From an uncultured Acidobacteriota bacterium (GTDB lineage: Bacteria; Acidobacteriota; Thermoanaerobaculia; Multivoradales; UBA5704): a stretch of 64,000 bases of DNA. A program made the translations under genes and the position numbers. Positions 56,826-64,000 of the stretch are shown here, piece after piece; positions within the stretch are counted from its first letter, which is position 1, and each line of letters opens with the position of its first letter. The notes under the pieces are model-generated. The model did not search any database. It was not told the origin of the DNA and saw only the letters and a list, made by a program, of their open reading frames with translations. The stretch is taken from contig CAVYRF010000002.1 of assembly GCA_963770895.1 (NCBI GenBank), forward strand, positions 1,472,001 to 1,536,000. The letters run 5' to 3'.

Positions 56826-57847
56826 GCGCTGCGGCGCGCGGCACGGCACCGATCAAGGTCAGCACCGCCAGCATCGCCCTGGCCCTGGCCGCGGTGTACG
56901 TGCTCTGGGGCTCGACCTATTTAGGCATGCGGCTGGCGATGGCGACGCTGCCGCCCTTCACCATGGCTGGCCTGCGCCAGACCACCGCCGGCGTCCTGCT
57001 GTACGTGTTTGCGCGGGCGCGCGGCGCCGCTCCGCCGCGGCCGGTGCATTGGGGGTCGACGGCGATCGTCGGCGCGTTGCTGCTGCTGATTGGCAACGGC
57101 GGCGTGGCGTGGGCGGAGATGCGGATCAGCACGGGGATGGCGGCGCTCCTCATCTGCTCCGAACCGATGTGGATCGTGTTGCTGGTGTGGCTGCTCCCTG
57201 GCGGGCAGCGGCCGAGCGCGCGGGTGCTGGGCGGCCTGCTGGTCGCCTCGGCGGGGCTGGTGATCCTGGTGCGGCCGGCCGCCGGCGGGTCCCTGGCGGT
57301 CAATCCGGCGGCCGTCGCGGTGCTGTTGATCGCGGCGATCGGCTGGGCGGCCGGTTCGATCTACGTGCAGCGCGCCACGCTGCCGGAGTCGCCGCTGCTG
57401 GCGACGTCGATGCAGATGCTGTGCGGCGGCGGCCTGCTGCTGGCGGCCGGGGCGCTCACCGGCGAATCCCCTGCGCGCGCCCTGGCGCACATTTCGACCG
57501 GTTCGGTGCTGGCGCTCCTCTACCTGGTCGCCTTCGGATCGCTGGTCGGCTTCTCCTGCTACACCTGGCTGCTGCGCGTCGCGTCGCCGGTGCTGGTTTC
57601 CACCTACGCCTACGTCAACCCGGTGGTGGCGGTGCTGCTCGGTTGGGCGTTGATCGGCGAGCCGGTGACGCGCGGGACGCTGCTCGGCGCCGCGGTCATC
57701 CTGGGCGGCGTGGTGCTGATCACCACCGCTTCCCACCGCCCGGCGGCGACGCGCCAACCCGGCAGCGCGACACGGTCAGTGGAGAGCGGCGCCGGCCTTG
57801 AATTGGGTAGTGGTCGGAGTCCCGGCAAGGCCGGCGCGACGGGCTAG
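56822..57847 (+). CDS. EamA/DMT family transporter (YedA-like)
   Basis: VYVLWGSTYLGMR, STYAYVNPVVAVLLG; about 10 TM segments; GTGA overlap with the Lrp gene. Confidence 0.93.
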   Translation: MSAAARGTAPIKVSTASIALALAAVYVLWGSTYLGMRLAMATLPPFTMAGLRQTTAGVLLYVFARARGAAPPRPVHWGSTAIVGALLLLIGNGGVAWAEMRISTGMAALLICSEPMWIVLLVWLLPGGQRPSARVLGGLLVASAGLVILVRPAAGGSLAVNPAAVAVLLIAAIGWAAGSIYVQRATLPESPLLATSMQMLCGGGLLLAAGALTGESPARALAHISTGSVLALLYLVAFGSLVGFSCYTWLLRVASPVLVSTYAYVNPVVAVLLGWALIGEPVTRGTLLGAAVILGGVVLITTASHRPAATRQPGSATRSVESGAGLELGSGRSPGKAGATG

Positions 57848-59047
57848 CGACAGCTGCGGATGGGGTTCGCCGCCGGCCAGGATGACGCCGGCGGCGTATT
57901 CGCCCAGCGCCGGACCCAGCTTGAAGCCGTGGCCGGAGCCGCCGCCCAGCAGCCAGACGTTGGCGGCTTCGGGATGGCGGTCGAACAGCAGGTGGCCGTC
58001 CTCGCTATTTGCGTATTGGCAGACGCGGGCCTCGAGCAGCGGCGCTCCGGCCAGGCCGGGGAAGCGCCGGGCGAGCGCGGCGCGGGCGCGCTCCAGGCCG
58101 GCCGCCGAGGGCGTGCGATCGCCGCCGGTCGGATCGAAGCGCTCGCCGCGGGTATCGTCGGCGACCTTGAAGCCGCGCCCCTCGTTGCCCGGCACGCCGT
58201 AAAAGATGCGCTCGCCCATGTCCAGCCACGCCGGCAGGCAGGTGTCGTCGTGGCGCGCGCCGTCCAGCCTGGGAGTGCCAAAGTAGAAGACCTCTTGCCG
58301 GGTGGGCAGCAGGCGCTGCCCCAGAACGTCGGGGAACAGCTGGCCCAGCCAGGGTCCGCAGGCAAAAACGTACAGGTCGGCAGCCAGGCGGCTGCCGTCG
58401 GCCAGCTCCAGCGGCGCCATCTGCCTGCCGCCGGCGCCGTGGGCCTGCGTCAGGGCGCCGGGCGCGGCGGCGACGCAGCGCACCGTGCCGCCGGCGGCGG
58501 CAACAGCGCCGGCAACCGCCCGGCAGGCGCGCCGCGCCATCAGGTAGCCGGCGTGCTCTTCGAAGAAGACGCTGTGGATCCCCGCGAACGACACCGCGGG
58601 GAAGCGCAGGGAGGCGGCGGCCAGGTCCAGCTGCGCGGCCGGCAGGCCGGCCGCGGCCAGGTGCGGCAGCGAGGCGCGGGCATAGCTGTCGTCGCCGGCA
58701 AACATCCACAGCACGCCGGTCTGCCGGTAGAGCCGCTGGCCCCACGCCGCCTCGGCCTCCTGCCACAGGCCGAGAGCGCGCGCCACCCATTGGGTGTACA
58801 GGCCGTCGCGGCCGTACGTGCCGCGCAGCACGCGGGTTTCGCCGCCCGAGCTGGCGCGCGAGTTGCCCGGCCCCCAGGCGTCCACCAGGGTCACCCGCGC
58901 GCCGCGCCGCGCCAGCCACAGCGCCAGCCAGCCGCCGAAGGCGCCGGCGCCGACCACCGCGCAGTGCGGCGCGGCGGTTGCCGGTGCGTCCGGCGGGGCG
59001 GGCGCCCCGCTATCCCTGGCGCCGTCCCGAACCGGCGGCGCCGACAT
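57776..59047 (-). CDS. FAD-dependent oxidoreductase (monomeric sarcosine oxidase/DAO family)
   Basis: VVGAGAFG, SSGGETRVLR, CQY, GGSGHGFKLGP. Confidence 0.9.
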   Translation of the reverse strand: MSAPPVRDGARDSGAPAPPDAPATAAPHCAVVGAGAFGGWLALWLARRGARVTLVDAWGPGNSRASSGGETRVLRGTYGRDGLYTQWVARALGLWQEAEAAWGQRLYRQTGVLWMFAGDDSYARASLPHLAAAGLPAAQLDLAAASLRFPAVSFAGIHSVFFEEHAGYLMARRACRAVAGAVAAAGGTVRCVAAAPGALTQAHGAGGRQMAPLELADGSRLAADLYVFACGPWLGQLFPDVLGQRLLPTRQEVFYFGTPRLDGARHDDTCLPAWLDMGERIFYGVPGNEGRGFKVADDTRGERFDPTGGDRTPSAAGLERARAALARRFPGLAGAPLLEARVCQYANSEDGHLLFDRHPEAANVWLLGGGSGHGFKLGPALGEYAAGVILAGGEPHPQLSLARRAGLAGTPTTTQFKAGAALH

Positions 59048-60824
59048 CGCTGGTCTTGGCGAAGCCCGTGACGATGTAGGTGCCCGAGCGCTGATCCTTT
59101 TTCAGCTTGACGATGCTCTTGCGCTCGGCGTCCTCCAGCAGCTCGGAGAAGGTGCTGTAGCCGTAGTAGCCCTCGTTGAACGAAGGCTTTTTGCGCTGCA
59201 TCGTCTGCTTGATCATCGATCCCCACAGCACGTCTTTGTTCTCACGCACCAGCGCCTGGATCGACTCGACCATCAGGCTGAACGCTTCGGCCGTCTTCTT
59301 GCTCAAGCCGTCCAGCTTGGGGCCTTTTTGCGAGTCGCGCCAGATGTCTTCGTAATAGATGAACTCGTCGCAGTTGTCGACCAGCAGGTTCGACGAAGAG
59401 TTCTTGACGCCGATGCCGATGACGTACTTGTTGTTCTCCTTGAGCTTGGACACCAGCGGCGAAAAGTCGCTGTCGCCCGAAAGGATCACGAAGGTGTCCA
59501 GGTGCTCCTTGGCGTAGGAGAGATCCATCGCGTCGACCACCATCTTGATGTCGGCGCTGTTCTTGCCCGAATAGTACTTCTGCGGGATATCGATCAGCTC
59601 GATGGCCGCTTCGTGGAACGGGCGCTTGTAATCGCTGTAGCGCTCCCAGTCGGCATAGGCCTTCTTGACGATGATCTTGCCCTTTTCCAGCAGCCGCTCC
59701 AGGATGAGATTGATATCCAGCTTGCTGATCTCGGAGTCCCGCACGCCCAGGGCGATGTTCTCAAAATCGCAGAACACCGCGATCTTGCGCTCTTCGTGCT
59801 GCGGCCGCTGGCGATCGGGGACGGAGATGATGATTTCGCGGGTCATCGAGTCCAGATCGCCGCCCGAGATCACGTAGCTTTCTCCGGAACGGGCCGGGCG
59901 GACGCTGGGGAAGATCTGCGCCGGTGCCGGCGGAGGGGGCGCGGCCACGGCGAGCGCCTCTTCCAGCGCCAGGGGCGCCAGGTCTTCGTCGTCTTCGTCG
60001 GCAAGGTCGGCCGGGCCGCCCGCCAACGCCGTGCGGCCGTTCTTGCGCCGGCCGCCGCGGCTGCGGCGCGAGCGCTTCTTCTTGGCTCCGGCGGGTTTGC
60101 CCTCTTCGTCGCGCTCTTCGGTTTCACCCTCACCTTCGTCGCCTTCGGCGTCCAGGTCGGCCGCGTCGCCGAGCGTCTGCGAGCTGGCCGCGAACGCCGG
60201 GCTGGCCGGTGCCGCCGAGGAGTCCGCGCCGGCGGTGGCGTGATCGTCCTGGGTGTGGGAGGAGAGCGCAGCCGGCGGCACGACCGGAATGGGCGGCGCC
60301 AGCGGAGTGAGCGACGTCATCGGGTTGACGGCCGGCGGTTCCGTTGCCGAGTCGGCGGCAGTCCACCCACTGGCGCTGTCCGCGGCGCCCGACCAGGCGG
60401 CGGCCGGAGACGCTCCGTGGTGCGACGTCGAAGCGGGCACCTCGTTCGGAGGGGTTGGAAGGGTTGCAGGGGTTGCGGCGGCCGGCGGCGCCGGGCGCTG
60501 CCAGAAGGGGCGGTAGGGTTCAGGCGGCGCCTGGGTGGTCGTGGTTGAGGACGGGTGCAGCGGCGAGGAATCGGCTGGAGCGTCGGACCACGACCGCACG
60601 CCGGTCTTATCGGCATCCCCGGCGCCGAGTGCGCCATGGGCATCGCCGGCCAGGTTGGTGGAGGAGGCCGCCGCGCTTGCCGGGGCCTGCGCCGCCGGCG
60701 CTTCGGCGCCCGGTGCGGCTGACTCCTTCCCTGCCGCCGGCGGCTTCGGGTTGAGGTCTTTCTGGGGTTCGTTCTCTTCGTTCGCAGCGCCCTCGGATGT
60801 GGGGCGTAGCCACCATGGACTCAA
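59010..60824 (-). CDS. NYN (LabA/DUF88) ribonuclease domain + OST-HTH/LOTUS protein with a long disordered N-terminus
   Basis: IAVFCDFEN, KAYADW, GKNSADIKMVVD, SGDSDFSPLV, CDEFIYY; C-terminal PSFNEGYYGYSTFSELLE. Start placed at TTG 60824 after AAAGGGA (uncertain). Confidence 0.9.
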   Translation of the reverse strand: MSPWWLRPTSEGAANEENEPQKDLNPKPPAAGKESAAPGAEAPAAQAPASAAASSTNLAGDAHGALGAGDADKTGVRSWSDAPADSSPLHPSSTTTTQAPPEPYRPFWQRPAPPAAATPATLPTPPNEVPASTSHHGASPAAAWSGAADSASGWTAADSATEPPAVNPMTSLTPLAPPIPVVPPAALSSHTQDDHATAGADSSAAPASPAFAASSQTLGDAADLDAEGDEGEGETEERDEEGKPAGAKKKRSRRSRGGRRKNGRTALAGGPADLADEDDEDLAPLALEEALAVAAPPPPAPAQIFPSVRPARSGESYVISGGDLDSMTREIIISVPDRQRPQHEERKIAVFCDFENIALGVRDSEISKLDINLILERLLEKGKIIVKKAYADWERYSDYKRPFHEAAIELIDIPQKYYSGKNSADIKMVVDAMDLSYAKEHLDTFVILSGDSDFSPLVSKLKENNKYVIGIGVKNSSSNLLVDNCDEFIYYEDIWRDSQKGPKLDGLSKKTAEAFSLMVESIQALVRENKDVLWGSMIKQTMQRKKPSFNEGYYGYSTFSELLEDAERKSIVKLKKDQRSGTYIVTGFAKTSDVGAAGSGRRQG

Positions 60825-61042
60825 GTTGTATTCCCTTTCTCGAGCCCGGGGTGGGCTCGTCGGATCTCGCCGTCGGTGATCGACCGTGCGAAGCTTGTTC
60901 GGCGGGAGCGGCGGCGGGCGGCGGTTGGGAGCAGGCCACAGCGGCGGAGGGGGCAAGCCGAACCGCCCCTCATTCTACCATTTCTTGAATCGGCATCGCG
61001 AAATGGGGCCGGCGCGGGGTGTTGGCCGGGCGAAACCAACCC

Positions 61043-61351
61043 CTAGTCGAGGTCGAACGGACGCCGTGGCGGCCCCTGGTCGGGTTCCTCTTCGGCCCGC
61101 CGCATGGCCTCGCGGAACTTCTCTTCCAGCAGGCGGTCGCGGTCCTTCAGCGCCGCGACCTCCCGTTGAAAGACGTCTTCCGCCCGCGCCTTGTCCTGGT
61201 CCAGCCCCTGCAGCAGGGAGTCGAGATCCTTGCCCCCCGCCGGCGGCTGCTTGGGCCGGCGATGCGACAGCACTTCGCCGGTCGCGGCGTCCACCACCAG
61301 CTCGGAGCCGCATTCGGGGCAGCGCGCGGTCAGCTTGTGCGTCTCGCTCAC
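61043..61351 (-). CDS. Small hypothetical protein (CxxC N-terminus, coiled-coil, RPFDLD C-terminus)
   Basis: CPECGSELVVDAATGEV...LLEEKFREAMRRA...RPFDLD; TACAAT 6 nt before GTG. Confidence 0.85.
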   Translation of the reverse strand: MSETHKLTARCPECGSELVVDAATGEVLSHRRPKQPPAGGKDLDSLLQGLDQDKARAEDVFQREVAALKDRDRLLEEKFREAMRRAEEEPDQGPPRRPFDLD

Positions 61352-61539
61352 GTCCGCATTGTAGCTCGGTTCGCCGCCTGGTACCTGCGCGCCGGCCGGC
61401 GCGCCCCAGGGGCGCCCGCGAGATTCGGCGCCGCCAACCGTGGCGGTCGCTCCTCCCCGGCCGGCCGGCACAGCCCGATCTGGCGCTGTCGCAGGTCGAG
61501 GCATCGAAGCTCGCGGGCACCCGGAGGCTCACCCGGCGA

Positions 61540-61698
61540 TCAGCAGATGCACTGCGGCCTTGCCAGGCCGGTTTCGGTTGGGGTGCATTTCAGCGAGACA
61601 CCGCCCGCGGCTTCCTTCAGGTTTGCGCTCTCCAGCGCCTTGAGGGTTTCCCGGTGCAGGGTCAGAGGCGTGCTGCGCTTGATGCCCTTCTTTTGCAT
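61540..61698 (-). CDS. Putative RiPP (lanthipeptide-like) precursor peptide, 52 aa, double-glycine leader
   Basis: Manual translation MQKKGIKRSTPLTLHRETLKALESANLKEAAGG-VSLKCTPTETGLARPQCIC*; CAGGAG RBS 6 nt upstream; below the ORF-track length cutoff. Confidence 0.8.
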   Translation of the reverse strand: MQKKGIKRSTPLTLHRETLKALESANLKEAAGGVSLKCTPTETGLARPQCIC

Positions 61699-61747
61699 TG
61701 CGGTCTCCTGTGCCTGAGTTGGAGCCGTCCTTTATCAGGCGGCCCTC

Positions 61748-64000
61748 TCAACGAGGTGTGGGCAAGCCTTGAGAACGATCCGCCCCCAGCTGACCGCGCC
61801 CGCGACCGCGGCTGGTGGACAGCGGGGCAGGCACCCACAGCGCAATTCCGGCGGCGATCGCCAGGGCGGCGATCAGCAGGCCGGCAACGAAGCCGCGCGG
61901 GCGGTAGAGCAAGTCCAGACGATGGGCGCCGGGCGGCAGCGGCGCGCTCAGCAGGCGGCCGGCAGCGGGCGCCGGGGCCGCCCGGCGATCGATCAACAGC
62001 CGCCAGCCACCATCCTGATAAACGCTGGTGACAAGGGTTGCCGCCTGGTCGCGCGGCCGCACGCGCGCCGCGATCTCCTGCTCGTCGCGGTGCCTCAGGT
62101 CCAGGCCGCCCTGCCGCCACTCGCCCGCGTCGCGCGCATCAGCAGTGGCGGCGGCGGTGAGATACAGGCGCGGAGCGACCTCGGGCTGGCGGTAGATCCA
62201 GCCGGCTGGCCGGGCGAAGACCAGCTGCCAGGGGGCCGGCAGGCGGATGCCCGGCGCGGTCAGCAGGTAGCGGACGCCGAGACGGCGGTACAGCGGGTCG
62301 CCGGGCGAGCCCAGCTGCGGCAGCTCGCCCCACCAACCCGCGGTGATCGGCGCCAGCAGCCCCAGATAGGGCGCGGGGGCCATCGGGTTGTAGACGCGGG
62401 CGTCGTCCAGCTCGAAGAGCGATGCCAGGTTGGGCGGCAGCGCCCGGCCCAGGGCGGCGATGCGTTCGCCGCTGCTGGCGGCCAGGTCGGTGAGGACGGC
62501 GAGCGGCGGCGGCGGCAACGCCAGGCGCAGCGGCATCGCGGGGTTGGCCGGAGCATGGGCGAGCAGCAGCTCGGCGGCCACGGCCGCCGCCAGGCCTGCC
62601 GCCACCAGCCCGCGCCAGCCGCGACGCCGCGCGATCAGGCCGGCCGGCAGCGCCAGCAGCAATGTTGCCCCGGCCAGGAAGCGCGCCTGCCAGCGCAGCC
62701 AGCCGAAGCGCAGGACCGCCAGGCGTGCCGGATCGCCCGGCGCGGGATGGGCAAGGTAGCCCCAGGCCAGCACACCCGCCAGGGCAGCAGCCGCCACCAG
62801 CACCGATAGCCGGTCCAGCTCCCCGCGGCGGTGACGCTCCAGCCCGCAGGCGCCCAGGTAGGCCACACAGAACGCCACCACCATCAGGCACCGGCCGCTG
62901 CCCGCGAGCGCCGGAGCCGCCGCCAGCAGCATCCGGTGCACCGGCGCCGGGTCGGCCAGCAGCAGCAGGCACAGCGGCACGGCCGCCGTCGCCACGGCTT
63001 CGCCGGGCAGCCATCGCCGCCGTCCCGCCCCCGGCAGCGCCGCCGCCAGGGCGGCCAGCAGCATCACCGTCCCGGCGAACCCCGCCGCGTCCTCGTTGGT
63101 GTTGCGCAGCCCCCAATAGCCAAAGTAGCGGCTGTTGCCGTACGCGTTGGGCGCCACGATCGGCAGCCAGCGCATCGCCAGCCCGCCACCCGCGGCGACC
63201 TGCCCACCAGAACAACAGTCACCACCCGCACCGGCCCCTTCGCCGGAAGCGCTCGCCAGCGACTGCGTCCGGGCGGCCGGCGCCGGGTGGGCCAGGCGCT
63301 CGGCGCGCAGGGTTTGCGGCAGGTAGTCGACCGCCGGCAGCAGCGCCGGCGCGGCCAGGCCCGCCGCCACCGCCGCCGCGGCGCCATAGCGCCCCAGCAG
63401 GCGCCGCCGCAGGCCGGGCGGGCAGCGCCACAGCGCTTCGCACGCGAAGGCACCGGCCAGCAGGCAGGCATAGAGGATGGTTTCGGGGTGCCCCGCCAGC
63501 AGCAGCGCGGCCAGGCTGCCGGCGAGCAGCAGGGCATCGCGGCCGCCGGCTTCCGGCGCCGCCACCCGCACCAGGGCGTAGAGGACGGCCGGCAGCAGCG
63601 CCGCGGCGCTGGCGAGCGGCCAGCCCACCCACAGGACGACGAATCCGCACAACCCGAAGGCGAGGGCGCCGGCCAGCGCCGGGCCGACGGCCAGCCCCTG
63701 GCGGCGCAACAGCAGATAGGTGAAGACCAGGGCCAGGTAGACCCGCAGCGCCGCCATCACCGCGGCCCCGCGCAGGGGCGGCAGCGGCAACGCCGCCAGC
63801 GCCAGCGGCGCCAGGGCCTGCGCCTGGGGATCGGCCAGCAGCGGCATGCCGGCGCCCACCCGCGCGTTCCACAGCGGCCAGCGGCCGGCGGCGAGGCGGC
63901 GGCGCGCCGCGGCCAGCGACGGCACCACCAGCTCGATCAGGTCGCCCTGCAGGGGGTTTCCCGGCACCGCCGCCGCCGGCAGCTGGCGAAACGGCACCGA
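61748..64000 (-). CDS. YfhO-like multi-TM membrane protein (GT-C-type glycosyltransferase-like); 5' end beyond the window
   Basis: PLWNARVGAGMPLLADPQ, LLAGHPE, C-terminal YQDGGWR...PPGAHRLDLLYRP. Confidence 0.82.
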   Translation of the reverse strand, partial: SVPFRQLPAAAVPGNPLQGDLIELVVPSLAAARRRLAAGRWPLWNARVGAGMPLLADPQAQALAPLALAALPLPPLRGAAVMAALRVYLALVFTYLLLRRQGLAVGPALAGALAFGLCGFVVLWVGWPLASAAALLPAVLYALVRVAAPEAGGRDALLLAGSLAALLLAGHPETILYACLLAGAFACEALWRCPPGLRRRLLGRYGAAAAVAAGLAAPALLPAVDYLPQTLRAERLAHPAPAARTQSLASASGEGAGAGGDCCSGGQVAAGGGLAMRWLPIVAPNAYGNSRYFGYWGLRNTNEDAAGFAGTVMLLAALAAALPGAGRRRWLPGEAVATAAVPLCLLLLADPAPVHRMLLAAAPALAGSGRCLMVVAFCVAYLGACGLERHRRGELDRLSVLVAAAALAGVLAWGYLAHPAPGDPARLAVLRFGWLRWQARFLAGATLLLALPAGLIARRRGWRGLVAAGLAAAVAAELLLAHAPANPAMPLRLALPPPPLAVLTDLAASSGERIAALGRALPPNLASLFELDDARVYNPMAPAPYLGLLAPITAGWWGELPQLGSPGDPLYRRLGVRYLLTAPGIRLPAPWQLVFARPAGWIYRQPEVAPRLYLTAAATADARDAGEWRQGGLDLRHRDEQEIAARVRPRDQAATLVTSVYQDGGWRLLIDRRAAPAPAAGRLLSAPLPPGAHRLDLLYRPRGFVAGLLIAALAIAAGIALWVPAPLSTSRGRGRGQLGADRSQGLPTPR

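Overview
High-GC bacterial chromosomal segment. Gene content and peptide style suggest Acidobacteriota, possibly Thermoanaerobaculia-like (inference only). It is mostly housekeeping and envelope genes: accD, yebC, ruvC, ftsEX, gatB, pgeF, rlmN, tatA, cpoB, bamD, rpe, nfo, rseP, cdsA, truA, pcrA/uvrD, mobA, ppiA, tRNA-Leu(GAG), secG, tpiA, pgk, gap and tsaD. Signals beyond the routine: (1) an unannotated 52-aa double-glycine-leader, Ser/Thr/Cys-rich RiPP-precursor-like ORF at 61540-61698, with no maturase in the window; (2) a pseudo-receiver/Ser-Thr kinase/TM/TonB-C fusion near a DUF4388 protein and two outer-membrane proteins; (3) two related palindromic REP/REPIN-like elements with a GTTG foot (52652-52869 and 55786-55944) bracketing a region that includes a low-GC RHH + Schlafen/AlbA_2 ATPase module; (4) a ClpX-like AAA+ protein lacking the zinc-binding, GYVG and IGF motifs, next to an HExxH metallopeptidase; (5) at least seven genes with a -10 hexamer 6-7 nt before the start codon (leaderless architecture); (6) a structured leader with a possible sigma-54 site between a Fis-like gene and a lytic transglycosylase. 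No CRISPR array, rRNA, integrase or transposase was seen. All calls are from motif recognition by eye; no searches were run.
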